The translations under genes and the position numbers were made by a program. A DNA stretch of 64,000 bases from Terriglobia bacterium (lineage in GTDB: Bacteria > Acidobacteriota > Polarisedimenticolia > Polarisedimenticolales > JAIQFR01), in contig CAVVHE010000009.1 of assembly GCA_963748015.1 (NCBI GenBank), positions 64,001 to 128,000 on the forward strand, in the 5' to 3' direction. A model generated the notes under the pieces. It was not told the origin of the DNA. It made no database searches and was given only the letters and a program-made list of their open reading frames with translations. Positions 32,622-42,931 of this stretch are shown here, one piece after another; within the stretch, counting starts at the first letter, position 1; every line of letters begins with the position of its first letter.

Positions 32622-33581
32622 AGAATGGTCGGCGCTTGGCCGAGGGGGCGGGTCACGGCGCCTTCTCCCCCCCTTTCGCCGCGCGACCTCGAGGACGAGC
32701 TGGTAAACCCGCTGCATCTCCTCGGAGCTGAAGAAGTGGAGCTCGATGCGGCCCCCCTTCTTTCCCTCGAAGATCCTCACGCGGGTCCCGATTGCGCGCT
32801 GGAGGTTCTCCTCGGCGGAGACGAGGTTCGGGTCGCGGCGCGGCGCGCTCCGCTCCTTCCTGTCCGCCCCGCCCTTGAGCGCGGCCGCCACGAGCTGCTC
32901 GACCTGGCGAACGGAAAGGCCCGTCTGGACTGCCCTTTCCGCGATCCGCTCCTGCTCGCGAGGATCCGAGAGGGACGCCAGCGCGCGACCCTGTCCCATG
33001 CTGATCTCGCCCTTCTTGACGCGCTCCTGGACGGGACCGGCAAGGGACAGCAGCCGGATGGTGTTGGCGACGGTGGCCCGTTGCTTCCCGACCCGGTCGG
33101 CGATCTCCTGCTGCTTCAGCCCCAGCGTGTCGAGAAGGGTCTGGTAGGCGTGAGCCTCCTCGATCGGGTTGAGGTTCTCCCGCTGGAGGTTCTCGATCAG
33201 GGCGATCTCGAGGAGCCGGTCGTCGGGAACCTCCCGGACGACTGCCGGGAGCTTCATGATTCCGGCTCGCTGAGCCGCTCGCCAGCGCCGCTCGCCGGCG
33301 ACCAGCTCGAAGCGGCCGCCCGGCAGGGGCCGCACCAGGACCGGCTGGAGCACCCCCTCCGATTTCAGGGAGCGGGCCAGCGCCTCGAGCGATTCCTCGT
33401 CGAATCGCTGCCGAGGCTGCTTCGGATTGGCGCGAATCCGATCGATGTCGATGAGCTGGATCGGCTCTCCGGCGCCTGGTCGCGGCACCGGCTCGGGTGC
33501 CGGCGCCTTCGGGACCCGTGCGGGGGCCTCCGGGATGAGGCTACGAAGCCCTTTCCCCAACGCCTTGCGCGTTGTTGTCAT
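32568..33581 (-). CDS. parB: Chromosome partitioning protein ParB; the 3' end may be misread at a homopolymer (true stop possibly 32653)
   Basis: KALGKGLRSLI, GVLQPVLVR, VAGERRWRAA, ALIENLQRENLNPIEEA. Confidence 0.95.
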   Translation of the reverse strand: MTTTRKALGKGLRSLIPEAPARVPKAPAPEPVPRPGAGEPIQLIDIDRIRANPKQPRQRFDEESLEALARSLKSEGVLQPVLVRPLPGGRFELVAGERRWRAAQRAGIMKLPAVVREVPDDRLLEIALIENLQRENLNPIEEAHAYQTLLDTLGLKQQEIADRVGKQRATVANTIRLLSLAGPVQERVKKGEISMGQGRALASLSDPREQERIAERAVQTGLSVRQVEQLVAAALKGGADRKERSAPRRDPNLVSAEENLQRAIGTRVRIFEGKKGGRIELHFFSSEEMQRVYQLVLEVARRKGGRRRRDPPPRPSADHSCRHLCRQMRVCRLFCRR

Positions 33582-34338
33582 GCTCGAGGAACTCCTTGGC
33601 GAGATTGAGATAGGCCTCCGCCCCTCGCGAGCGGATGTCGTAGAGGAAAATCGCCTTGCCGTGGCTCGGCGCCTCGCCGAGCCGGATATTGCGGGGGATC
33701 ACCGTCCCGTACACCTGCTGGCCGAACACGCTTCGAACTTCCTCGACGACCTGCCTCGAGAGGTTGGTTCTCTCGTCGTACATGGTCATCAGGATCCCTT
33801 CGATCGCGAGGCCGGGGTTGAGCGCCGCCCGAACCCGCGCGAGCGTATCGGTCAGCTGCGAGATCCCCTCGAGCGCGAGGTACTCGCACTGCACGGGGAT
33901 CAGCACGGAGTCGGCCGCGGTGAGGGCGTTGACGGTCAGCAAGCCGAGGGAAGGCGGGCAGTCGATGAAGACGTGCTCGAATTGCTCCCGGACCGGCTCG
34001 AGAAACCCCTTCAAGCGGAACTCGCGCGCGTCGGCGTCCACCAACTCGACCTCCGCCCCGATCAGGTTCCGATCGGAGGGAAACAGCGAGAGGAAGGGGA
34101 GAGAGTCCACCGCCACGCGGATCTGGTCCGGGGTTGCGTCCCCGGACAGGGCGTCATAGATCCCCGGACGGTCCGGATCCTCGGGGAAGCCCAGCGCTCG
34201 GGTGGAGTTGGCCTGAGGATCGAGGTCGATGAGAAGCGTTCGCTGCTCGGCGATGGCGAGCGCGGCCGAGAGGCTGACGGCGGTCGTCGTCTTGCCGACG
34301 CCGCCTTTCTGATTCACGATCGCGACGACCCGACCCAA
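33541..34338 (-). CDS. parA: Chromosome partitioning ATPase ParA/Soj
   Basis: TTG start with GGGAGG RBS; NQKGGVGKTTT, DLDPQANST, DCPPSLG, EAPSHG. Confidence 0.96.
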   Translation of the reverse strand: MGRVVAIVNQKGGVGKTTTAVSLSAALAIAEQRTLLIDLDPQANSTRALGFPEDPDRPGIYDALSGDATPDQIRVAVDSLPFLSLFPSDRNLIGAEVELVDADAREFRLKGFLEPVREQFEHVFIDCPPSLGLLTVNALTAADSVLIPVQCEYLALEGISQLTDTLARVRAALNPGLAIEGILMTMYDERTNLSRQVVEEVRSVFGQQVYGTVIPRNIRLGEAPSHGKAIFLYDIRSRGAEAYLNLAKEFLEHDNNAQGVGERAS

Positions 34339-34435
34339 GGTCCCTCCCGGCACCGTCTCCCGGCGCAACGCGGCGGCCTGCACGAGGAAGCCCTGATTCT
34401 GCTCCCGCGAGGCTCCGAGGTCAACACGGCCCTTC

Positions 34436-34451
34436 CGTTCCACGTGGAACA
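34436..34451. promoter_or_regulatory. parS site 1
   Basis: CGTTCCACGTGGAACA, near-perfect match to the parS consensus. Confidence 0.88.
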
Positions 34452-34474
34452 GCGTTTCGAGGGGAGGGCCGCGA

Positions 34475-34490
34475 TGTTCCACGTGGAACA
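34475..34490. promoter_or_regulatory. parS site 2
   Basis: TGTTCCACGTGGAACA, perfect palindrome matching the parS consensus. Confidence 0.92.
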
Positions 34491-34780
34491 CCCGACCGTC
34501 CATGGCGGTTCAGGGGCTGTCCGCCGGCCACGGGAGACCACTGCCCGGCCGTTAACCGACTTTCGTTGTATATTTGCTGTCGCCCACTACTTTCGTTTTA
34601 TACTCGCCATAATTCGCTTATCTTTCGCCGAATAATACTCAGAATTCCGCTAAAGCCACATCGTTTCCTGCCGAGAGGTTGATTGCGAGGCTCCGGGCCC
34701 CGGCAAGGCGAATGCCGTGCGCCCGATTTCGCCGTCCGCGGACGTACCGGAGACGACTCGCGAGGAGGCTTCGACCCGCC

Positions 34781-35479
34781 GTGCCCTGGACGAGCGCATC
34801 GCGAACTTCCGCGACCCGAACTCGCCTCGCTGCCGGCGCACGCGGCTCTTCGCCCCGGCGCGCCGCCTCGCGATACTTCAAGGCCGCCGCGATCGTCGCT
34901 TCGTTCTTCTTGCTCGCGCGCCCCGCGCGGTGCGCGCCGGCGACTCCTCTGCCGGCGGACGGTGAACCCGCCTCGCTGGAATTCGAAGTGAAGGCGGCGT
35001 TCCTCCTGAACTTCGCCCGCTTCGTCGACTGGCCCTCCGCTTCCGCAACGGCTCCGGGCAGCTTCGTGATCGGCGTGCTGGGCGCGGACGCCTTCGCGGA
35101 GACCGTCGAGCGCGCGGTGGCGGGGAAAACGGTCGGCGGCCACGACGTCGTCGTGCGCCGCGTCCGGAGCGGGAGCGGAGCGCAGGATTGCCGGATCCTC
35201 TTCGTCGGCTCCGCGGCGCCCGCCGCGTCTTCCCGCGTGCTGGCGGAGCTGGAAGGAAAACCCGTCCTGACCGTCACCGACGGGGACCACCCGGGCGGCG
35301 GCGGCGTGATCCGGTTCTTCGTCGACGACCGGCGCGTGCGCTTCGAGGTGGACCTCGACGCCGCGGAGCGGGCGGGTCTCAAGATCAGCTCGAGGCTGCT
35401 CTCGGTCGCGAGAGTGGTTCGCGAATCGAAGGCCGCCGGCGCGGCAGGGGTGCACTCCCATGCGCTCGCCGCGAAATGA
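34781..35479 (+). CDS. YfiR/DUF4154-family periplasmic protein; start uncertain
   Basis: EFEVKAAFLLNFARFVDWP, CRILFV, PVLTVTD, AGLKISSRLLSVA. Confidence 0.85.
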   Translation: MPWTSASRTSATRTRLAAGARGSSPRRAASRYFKAAAIVASFFLLARPARCAPATPLPADGEPASLEFEVKAAFLLNFARFVDWPSASATAPGSFVIGVLGADAFAETVERAVAGKTVGGHDVVVRRVRSGSGAQDCRILFVGSAAPAASSRVLAELEGKPVLTVTDGDHPGGGGVIRFFVDDRRVRFEVDLDAAERAGLKISSRLLSVARVVRESKAAGAAGVHSHALAAK

Positions 35480-37526
35480 ACGGGCGCGCCACGGCGCGCC
35501 GGCCGCATCGAAGCACCGCACACGCCCCTCGTGGCGGGATCTCTCGATCCGGACCAAGCTCGTCCTCGCCATCACGCTGACGAGCGCGATCTCGCTCCTG
35601 CTCGCGTCGGCCGGTTTCGTCGGATACCGTGTCGCGGCGTTCCGGGGCGATCTCGTCCGGGATCTCGACGCGCTCGCCCGGATCAGCGGCGACAACTCGG
35701 CCGCCGCGCTGACCTTCCGTGACCCGCGCTCCGCGGAGCAGGTGCTCTCGGCGCTCCGGGCGAAGCCCCACGTCGTCTCCGCCGTCCTGTACACCCCCGG
35801 CGGCGCCGTGTTCGCCCGCTATCCCGCCGGCAGCGGGGACGACGCGGGCGCCCCGCCGGGGCCGGACGGCAGCCGCTTCGAGGCCTCGCGCGTGCGGCTC
35901 ACGCGGCGGATCGCCCTCGACGGCGAGACGGTCGGCACCATCGTCCTCACGTCGGACCTCGAGGAGCTCGGCGCGCTGGTCGCGCGCTCGCTGACCCTCG
36001 TCGCGCTCCTGCTCCTGGTCTCGATCTCGCTCGCCCTGGCGCTCTCGTACCGGTTCCAGCGCACCGTGTCGGGACCGGTCCAGCGGATGGCCGACGCGGC
36101 GCGGGAGGTGGCGGAGACCAAGAACTACTCGGTCCGTGTCGCCCGCGAGGGGAGCGACGAGCTGGGGTACCTCGCCACCGCGATCAACGAGATGCTCTCG
36201 CTGATCGAGTCCCGCGACGAGGAGCTGCGCAGGGCGCGCGACGAGCTCGAGAAACGTGTCGAGATCCGCACCGGCGAGCTCATCCGGGAGATGGAGGACC
36301 GCGAGGTCGCGGAGGAAGCGTTGCGCGAGCGCGACGCGCAACTCCAGCAGTCGCAGAAGATGGAGGCGGTCGGTCTCCTCGCGGGGGGCGTGGCGCACGA
36401 CTTCAACAACCTGCTGACCGCGATCGTGGGGTACTCGCAGCTCATGCTGCGCTCGATCGATCCCGGCGACCCGCTCCACTCGAACGCCGAGGAGGTCTTG
36501 AAGGCCGGCCAGCGCGCCACAGCGCTCACCCGGCAGCTCCTCGCGTTCAGCCGCAAGCAGGTCCTCGAGCCCCGCGTCCTCGACCTCAACGACGTCGTCT
36601 CGAATCTCCAGAAGATGCTGCGCCGGCTGATCGGCGAGGACGTCGAGCTCGAATCGCGCCCCGCGCCGGGGCTGGGCAGCGTCATGGCCGATCCCGGCCA
36701 GCTCGAGCAGGTCGTCATGAACCTCGCGGTGAACGCGCGCGACGCGATGCCGCAGGGAGGTCGCCTCGCGATCGAGACCGCCAACGTGGACCTCGACGAC
36801 GCTTTCGCGGACCTCCATCCCGGCGTGAAGCCGGGTCCTCACGTCCTCCTCGCGATCCGCGACAACGGTTGCGGGATGGACGCCGCCACGAGCTCGCGCA
36901 TCTTCGAGCCGTTCTTCACGACCAAGGAGCAAGGGAGGGGGACGGGCCTCGGTCTCTCCACCGTCTACGGGATCGTCAAGCAGAGCGGCGGCACGATCTG
37001 GGTGGAAAGCGAGCCCGGCCGCGGCACGACCTTCAGGATCTACCTCCCTCGCGTCGAGGCGCCGGCCGAGCGCGTGGCCGCCGCGCAGCCCCGCGAGCTG
37101 CCCCGCGGCACGGAAACCGTCCTCCTCGTCGAGGACGACGACAGCGTGCGCGATCTCGCCGCCGACATCCTGCGCCTGAACGGCTACACCGTTCTGGCCG
37201 CCCCCCACGGCATCGAGGCGCTCGAGCTGTGCGAGCGTCGCACGGAGCGCATCGACCTGGTGCTCAGCGACGTGGTGATGCCGCACCTCAACGGGCCGGA
37301 GCTGCTCGAGCGATTGCGCCCGCTCCTGCCCGAGGCGAAGGTCCTCCTGATGTCCGGTTATGCCGGGGACGCCCTCGGGCAACACGGCACGCTGGATCCC
37401 GGCACGCCGTTCCTGCCGAAGCCGTTCACTCCGGACACGCTCGCGAGGAAGATCCGCGAGGTCCTCGAGAGGCCGCCCGCCGTCATCCCGCCCGAGGTGC
37501 GGTCCCGCCGTTCCGGGACGATGTGA
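35460..37526 (+). CDS. Hybrid sensor histidine kinase (periplasmic sensor, HAMP, HisKA, HATPase, REC)
   Basis: Two transmembrane segments; [38 protein letters not shown]. Confidence 0.93.
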   Translation: MRSPRNERARHGAPAASKHRTRPSWRDLSIRTKLVLAITLTSAISLLLASAGFVGYRVAAFRGDLVRDLDALARISGDNSAAALTFRDPRSAEQVLSALRAKPHVVSAVLYTPGGAVFARYPAGSGDDAGAPPGPDGSRFEASRVRLTRRIALDGETVGTIVLTSDLEELGALVARSLTLVALLLLVSISLALALSYRFQRTVSGPVQRMADAAREVAETKNYSVRVAREGSDELGYLATAINEMLSLIESRDEELRRARDELEKRVEIRTGELIREMEDREVAEEALRERDAQLQQSQKMEAVGLLAGGVAHDFNNLLTAIVGYSQLMLRSIDPGDPLHSNAEEVLKAGQRATALTRQLLAFSRKQVLEPRVLDLNDVVSNLQKMLRRLIGEDVELESRPAPGLGSVMADPGQLEQVVMNLAVNARDAMPQGGRLAIETANVDLDDAFADLHPGVKPGPHVLLAIRDNGCGMDAATSSRIFEPFFTTKEQGRGTGLGLSTVYGIVKQSGGTIWVESEPGRGTTFRIYLPRVEAPAERVAAAQPRELPRGTETVLLVEDDDSVRDLAADILRLNGYTVLAAPHGIEALELCERRTERIDLVLSDVVMPHLNGPELLERLRPLLPEAKVLLMSGYAGDALGQHGTLDPGTPFLPKPFTPDTLARKIREVLERPPAVIPPEVRSRRSGTM

Positions 37527-37539
37527 GCGCTAGATCCGT

Positions 37540-38220
37540 CTAGCGCTCCCGAGCGGCTGCCCGGAACCGCCAGACCCACGAGCGCTCGCGGCCGGGCAGC
37601 GGCCGGCGGTCGACCAGCTCGAGCCTGCGCCAGACGACGCGCCGGCGCACCTTCTCGAGATCCTCTCCGGCCCAGACGAGGATCTCCCCGCCTGGAGCCA
37701 AGCAGGGGAGGAGGCGGGGGATCACCCGCTCCCAGCCCCCGGCCGCGCGCGTCGAGACGACGCGGACCGCGCCCGCGAGCTCCGGGACGTCGGCCGCGCG
37801 CTGGACCTGCCGCTCCAGCACCCGCGCGCCCGCGATGCCCGCCTTCCCGATCGTCTCCCTCAGGAATTCCGACTTGCGGGCGGACGCGTCGGCGAGCACC
37901 GCCGCGAGCCCGGGCCGTGCGACCGCCAGGGGGAGGCCGGGGTAGCCGTTGCCGCTTCCGAGATCGAGAAGCGGTCCCGCGGCGCCGGGGTCGAGCATCG
38001 CCGCCCCCTCGAGCGACTCCCCGACGTGGCGCTCGACGAACTCGGCGGGCTCGATCACGGCGGTGAGGTGGAGCCGCTCGTCGGCGCGCATCACCGCGCG
38101 CGCCTGCGCCGCCAGCGATGCGACGGCGGGGGCCGCGAGCGCGAGCCCGATCGAAGCCGCCCTCGCCGCGATCGCCACCTCGAGCGGGAAGCCGTCGAAG
38201 GTCCGTGCGCCGGCGCTCAT
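37540..38220 (-). CDS. rsmG: 16S rRNA m7G527 methyltransferase
   Basis: [33 protein letters not shown]; lies directly after mnmG. Confidence 0.88.
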   Translation of the reverse strand: MSAGARTFDGFPLEVAIAARAASIGLALAAPAVASLAAQARAVMRADERLHLTAVIEPAEFVERHVGESLEGAAMLDPGAAGPLLDLGSGNGYPGLPLAVARPGLAAVLADASARKSEFLRETIGKAGIAGARVLERQVQRAADVPELAGAVRVVSTRAAGGWERVIPRLLPCLAPGGEILVWAGEDLEKVRRRVVWRRLELVDRRPLPGRERSWVWRFRAAARER

Positions 38221-40097
38221 GCGCCCGGTCCCGCCTTCTCGAGCTGCACCGTGAGGAGCGCCAGCGCCGCCGGGGTCATCCCGTCGATCCGCGACGCGCG
38301 GCCCAGGGTGTCCGGCCGCACCGCCTCCAGCTTCTCCACCAGCTCGCTCGACAGTCCCGCGAGACCGCGGTAGGGGAACCCGTCGGGGATCCTGCGGCCG
38401 CCGGCGCGCGCCACCCTCTCCGCGAGCCGCCGCTGCCGCTCCACGTACCCCGAGTACCTCGCGGTTTCCGCGACGATCCGACGATCGCGCGCGTCGAGAC
38501 CGCCGAGGATCGCGCTCGGGCCGGCGAGCCTCTCGTGATCCGCCTCCGGGCGGCGAAGCAGCTCCGCCGTGCTCGCCGGACCCTCGAGGACGATGCCGAT
38601 GGAGGCCATCGATTCCCGCGTCGGGGGATCGGGACTCCACCGCTCCTGCTCGAGTCGGTCGAGCGTCTCGTCGAGCCGCCGCCAACGGCACGCCGCCGCC
38701 GCCGCCCTCGCCCCGTCGAGAAGACCGATCCTCGCTCCGGCGGGCGAAAGGCGCCGGGACGCGGTATCCACGCCGAGGAGCAGGCGGTACTCGGCCCGGG
38801 AGGTGAACATCCGGTAGGGCTCCGAGGTTCCCCTCGTGACCAGATCGTCCACCAGCACGCCGAGGTACCCCTCTTCCCGCCCGAGGACCAGCGGCGGCTC
38901 CGCTCGCGCCGAGAGCGCGGCATTGACGCCGGCCATGAGGCCGAGCCCCGCCGCCTCCTCGTACCCCGTGGTCCCGTTGATCTGGCCGGCGAGGTAGAGG
39001 CCGCGCACGCGGCGGGTCTCGAGCGTGGGCGTAAGCTCGGTCGGGTCCACGTAGTCGTACTCCACCGCGTAGCCCGGGCGGACCATCTCCGCGTCCTCGA
39101 GCCCGTCCACCGCGCGAACCATCAGGAGCTGCACGTCCGGGGGCATCGAGGTGGAGAAGCCGTTCAGGTAGAGGAGCGGGCTGTCGAGTCCCTCCGGCTC
39201 CACGAAGAGCTGGTGGCGGTCCCGGTCGGGGAAGCGCACCACCTTGTCCTCGAGCGACGGGCAGTAACGCGGGCCGCGACCCCGGATCGCGCCGGTGTAG
39301 AGCGGCGAGCGGTCGAGGCTCGACGTCACGAGCCGGTGCACGGCGTCGTTGGTGTACGTGACGTGGCAGCTCACCTGGGGGAGGACCGTCGAGGCGGTCG
39401 CCTCGGAGAAGAACACCGGCTCGTCGTCGCCGGGCTGCTCCGGCAGGCGCCCGAGGTCCACGCTCGATCGCGCGAGGCGCGGCGGCGTGCCGGTCTTGAA
39501 GCGCCCCATGCGGAAGCCGAGCCCGGACAGGGCGGCGGACAGCGCGTTCGACGGCGGCTCGCCGACGCGCCCACCCGGCGTGCGCTCCTCGCCGACGTGG
39601 AGGAGCCCGCGCAGGAACGTCCCCGCCGTGACGACGACCCTGTCGGCGAGGAGCTCGCGCCCCGCCGCCGTCCGGACACCGCGCGCCGAGCCCGCCTCGA
39701 CCACGAGATCCGAGACCTCGTCCTCGACGAGCAGCAGGCCCGGCGTGGCCAGGATCTCCCCGAGCATCGACCGGTGGTAGAGGTCCTTGTCCTGCTGCGC
39801 CCGCGGCCCGCGCACGGCCGGGCCGCGGCTCCTGTTGAGGAGGCGGAACTGGATCCCGCACGCGTCGGCGAGCCTGCCCATCACGCCGCCGAGCGCGTCG
39901 ATCTCGCGAACGAGGTGCCCCTTGGCCAGGCCGCCGATCGCCGGGTTGCACGACATGCGCGCGACCGCGTCGCGCCGCAGCGTCACGAGAAGGGTCGAGC
40001 ACCCCAGGCGCGCCGCCGCGATCGCGGCCTCGCACCCCGCGTGTCCCGCGCCGACGACGATCACATCGGCCCGACTCGGCTGCCTCGCTTCGCTCAC
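38217..40097 (-). CDS. mnmG: tRNA U34 modification enzyme MnmG (GidA)
   Basis: [58 protein letters not shown]. Confidence 0.97.
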   Translation of the reverse strand: MSEARQPSRADVIVVGAGHAGCEAAIAAARLGCSTLLVTLRRDAVARMSCNPAIGGLAKGHLVREIDALGGVMGRLADACGIQFRLLNRSRGPAVRGPRAQQDKDLYHRSMLGEILATPGLLLVEDEVSDLVVEAGSARGVRTAAGRELLADRVVVTAGTFLRGLLHVGEERTPGGRVGEPPSNALSAALSGLGFRMGRFKTGTPPRLARSSVDLGRLPEQPGDDEPVFFSEATASTVLPQVSCHVTYTNDAVHRLVTSSLDRSPLYTGAIRGRGPRYCPSLEDKVVRFPDRDRHQLFVEPEGLDSPLLYLNGFSTSMPPDVQLLMVRAVDGLEDAEMVRPGYAVEYDYVDPTELTPTLETRRVRGLYLAGQINGTTGYEEAAGLGLMAGVNAALSARAEPPLVLGREEGYLGVLVDDLVTRGTSEPYRMFTSRAEYRLLLGVDTASRRLSPAGARIGLLDGARAAAAACRWRRLDETLDRLEQERWSPDPPTRESMASIGIVLEGPASTAELLRRPEADHERLAGPSAILGGLDARDRRIVAETARYSGYVERQRRLAERVARAGGRRIPDGFPYRGLAGLSSELVEKLEAVRPDTLGRASRIDGMTPAALALLTVQLEKAGPGA

Positions 40098-40177
40098 CGG
40101 TTCTCCCCGTCGTGCCTGCATTCTAGACATCAAGCGGGGCGTCCGCACTCGTTGGCCCGCCGCTCGCTCTCGCTGCG

Positions 40178-40327
40178 CCGCGCGCCGACCTCAGGCGTTC
40201 CTCCCGAGGCACGCTCGCCGGTTCGCGTCCTGCCGCGCCGGCTCGCTCCGCTTTTCGCGCGCCTGCCGAGGAATAGCAGGCGCGCGAAAAGAGGGCCTCG
40301 GGAGGAACGCCTGAGGTCGGCGCGCGG
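40178..40327 (+). repeat. Conserved-core / variable-arm hairpin element, copy 1
   Basis: Perfect 33-bp IR 40178-40210 / 40295-40327 around the shared core. Confidence 0.85.
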
Positions 40328-40408
40328 TGGTGTGGGCCGGCTGGACCGCTCTGCAGCGGTGTTTCGTGCGTCCCTTTCGGGAGTCGCCCGCCGGCCCCCC
40401 TTCACCTC

Positions 40409-40568
40409 CGGCGCCGCCTGCCGGGGCGGGACAGCCCTCGCGGGGCCCTCTTTTGGCGCGCCGGCTCTTCCGTGGCCGGCGCGCCAAAAGCGGAGCGAGC
40501 CGGTGCGGCGAAACGCAATCCGGCGAGCGTGCCCCGCGAGGGCTGTCCCGCCCCGGCAGGCGGCGCCG
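40409..40568 (-). repeat. Conserved-core / variable-arm hairpin element, copy 2
   Basis: Perfect 38-bp IR 40409-40446 / 40531-40568; core in the opposite orientation. Confidence 0.85.
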
Positions 40569-40634
40569 TGCCCGCAAACCGAGTCCCGCGCGGCGGGCTG
40601 CTGCGCAGGAACGCCCTGGTGGGAGCAGGCGGCC

Positions 40635-42005
40635 CTACTTCCCGATGCAGAACGTCGAGAAGATCCGCTCGTAGAGGTCGTCTCGGCCGGGGTCGCCGGT
40701 GATCTCGCCGAGGCGGCGCAGGGCGTCGTGCAGGTCCTCGAGGAGCAGCTCCTCGGAGAGGCCGTCGGCTTCGGCCCGCGCGGCGCTCTCGAGCGCGCCG
40801 GCGGCGGCTTCGAGAGCGGCGGCGTGCCTAGCGTCGGTGAGGACGGGCTCGTCGATCGGTCCCGAGCCGACGAGCCGCGCGAGGAGCGCGCTCTTGAGCT
40901 CGCCGAGGCCGAGCCCGGTCAGCGCCGAGACGCGTAGGGCTCCGGGGCAGGGGAGCGGGACATCGAGCGCACCCGGCAGGTCCGATTTGTTCAGGACGAC
41001 GACGGTCGCGCTCGTGCGCCCTTCGGCGTCCGCCCGCTCGAGGGCGTGGCGCTCGACGTGCCCGGGATCCCTCGACGCGTCCATGACGAGGAGCACCAGG
41101 TCGGCCCCCGCGGCCGCCTCGCGCGCGCGCCGCACGCCCTCCTCCTCGACCGGGTCGGCGATCTCCCGAATGCCCGCCGTATCCACGATTCGCACGGGGA
41201 TCCCCTCGAGATCGAGGTACTCCTCGAGGGTGTCGCGCGTGGTCCCGGGGGTCGCGGCGACGATCGCGCGGTCCCGCATGAGCAGCCGGTTGAACAGCGA
41301 CGACTTCCCGACGTTCGGCGCCCCCGAGATCGCGAGCAGCGCCCCCTCGCGCGCGACGCGCCCCGCCCGGAAGCCCGCGAGCAGCTCGCGGATCGCGTCG
41401 CGAACGGAGGCGATCCCGTTACGCAGCCGGCCGCCGGGGAGGTGCGTCTCCGACTCCTCGGCGAACTCCACGGCGGCCTCGGTCCTCGCGACGAGATCGG
41501 CGAGCGCCTCGCGCACCGGCTGCACGCGGCGCGACAGCGCCCCTTCCGCCTGCGCGAACGCCACCCTCGCCTGGTACAGCGTCCGCGCGGCGACCAGGTC
41601 GCGCACCGCCTCGGCCCTCGCCAGGTCGAGCCGGCCGTGCCGCAGCGCCCGGTACGTGAACTCCCCGGGCCCCGCGGGCCGCGCCCCCGCGGCGACCGCG
41701 GCCGCCACCAGCTCCGCGAGGACCGCCGGGCTTCCGTGAGGCCACAGCTCGGCGGCCGGCTCGCCGGTGTACGAAGCCCCGGCCGCGAACAGCACGAGGT
41801 ACCCGTGATCCACCGCGCGCCCGTCGCTCCCGACGAAGCGGCCGAACCGCGGCGGCCCGCCGGGCTCCGCATCGCCCGAAGCGCCGGGGCGGAAGAGGAC
41901 CCGGGCCACGTCCGCCGCCGCCGGCCCGCTGATCCTGACGCACCCCACCCCGCCGCGCCCCGGTGGCGTCGCAATCGCTACGAGCGTCTCCTCGAGATCG
42001 TGCAT
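40635..42005 (-). CDS. mnmE: tRNA modification GTPase MnmE (TrmE)
   Basis: VAIATPPG, GAPNVGKSS, GTTRD, DTAG, NKSD, C-terminal FCIGK. Confidence 0.97.
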   Translation of the reverse strand: MHDLEETLVAIATPPGRGGVGCVRISGPAAADVARVLFRPGASGDAEPGGPPRFGRFVGSDGRAVDHGYLVLFAAGASYTGEPAAELWPHGSPAVLAELVAAAVAAGARPAGPGEFTYRALRHGRLDLARAEAVRDLVAARTLYQARVAFAQAEGALSRRVQPVREALADLVARTEAAVEFAEESETHLPGGRLRNGIASVRDAIRELLAGFRAGRVAREGALLAISGAPNVGKSSLFNRLLMRDRAIVAATPGTTRDTLEEYLDLEGIPVRIVDTAGIREIADPVEEEGVRRAREAAAGADLVLLVMDASRDPGHVERHALERADAEGRTSATVVVLNKSDLPGALDVPLPCPGALRVSALTGLGLGELKSALLARLVGSGPIDEPVLTDARHAAALEAAAGALESAARAEADGLSEELLLEDLHDALRRLGEITGDPGRDDLYERIFSTFCIGK

Positions 42006-42037
42006 TCGGATCGCACCAGACGCAGGCACTACCTAAA

Positions 42038-42195
42038 GGCCGTTCGGATCCGCAGTTGACCCGAAGCGGCCCTCTCTTCGCGCGGCCGTCTCTTCCTCAG
42101 ACGGCCGCGCGAAGAGCGGAGCGAGGTGGCGCCGCGACTCATCGCGGCGCAACGCCGAAGCGTGCCGCGCGGGTCAACTGCGGATCCGGACGGCC
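42038..42195 (-). repeat. Conserved-core / variable-arm hairpin element, copy 3
   Basis: IR 42038-42070 / 42164-42195 with one mismatch and a small bulge. Confidence 0.85.
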
Positions 42196-42226
42196 GTGCT
42201 CGCATACGGGAAGCCTGCGAAGAGGA

Positions 42227-42925
42227 TCAGGCCTCGCCGCCGCGCGCGACGGGTGCCACCGTGATCTGCTTGAGGAACCCGTCGCCGACCGAGTGGGAGC
42301 GCAGCCCGGGGAACTCGCGCACGGTCAGGTGGACGAGCCGCCGCTCGTAAGGGTTCATCGAGTGCAACTTCTTCGGACGGCCGGTGCGGACGACCTGGCG
42401 GGCGACCTCGCGCGCCATCTCGACGAGGTCCTCCTCGCGCCGGTCGCGGAACCCCTCGCACTCGACCATGACGTGGTCGATCTCCGGCCACGCCCTGCGC
42501 GCCATGCGGTTGAGAAGGAACTGCAGCGCGCCGAGCAGCTCCGCCTCCTTGTGCAGGAGGGCGCGCCGGTCTTCGCCGTCGAGGTGGACCCTCACCGCGT
42601 CTCCGGCCGCCTTCGCGCTGACGTCGAGGTCGAAGCCCATCAGTTGCACCATCCGGCGGACCGTCTCCTCCACGGAACGGGCCACGGAAGGCTCGCTCGC
42701 GCGGGGCGGAGCAGCCGGTGGAGGCGCCGCTTCGCGCTCTTGATTCCCGGTCTCCGGCGCGGCCACGAGGATCCGGACGAGCTTCACGCCGAGGCCGAAC
42801 AGGCCCCGGCGGCCTTCCTCGACGATCCGGAACTCCAGGCTCTCGCGGGGAACACCCAACTCCCGGGAAGCCGCATTGAGGGCTTCCTCGAGATCCTTCC
42901 CCTCGAACTCGCGCTCGACCCGCAT
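42227..42925 (-). CDS. jag: Jag/KhpB RNA-binding protein (Jag_N, KH, R3H)
   Basis: EFEGKDLEEAL, GRRGLFGLG, MNPYERRLVH, SHSVG. Confidence 0.92.
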   Translation of the reverse strand: MRVEREFEGKDLEEALNAASRELGVPRESLEFRIVEEGRRGLFGLGVKLVRILVAAPETGNQEREAAPPPAAPPRASEPSVARSVEETVRRMVQLMGFDLDVSAKAAGDAVRVHLDGEDRRALLHKEAELLGALQFLLNRMARRAWPEIDHVMVECEGFRDRREEDLVEMAREVARQVVRTGRPKKLHSMNPYERRLVHLTVREFPGLRSHSVGDGFLKQITVAPVARGGEA

Positions 42926-42931
42926 CGCGAA

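Noticed and set aside
34339..34503. N-terminal extension of ParA given by the ORF track (MDGRVFHVEH..FHVE)
   Set aside because: The FHVE repeats are simply translated parS palindromes. TTG 34338 with its RBS is the better start.
40178..40568. Hairpin elements as retron msr-msd or simple terminators
   Set aside because: No reverse transcriptase is present in the window. The elements are multi-copy, occur in both orientations and lack U-tracts.
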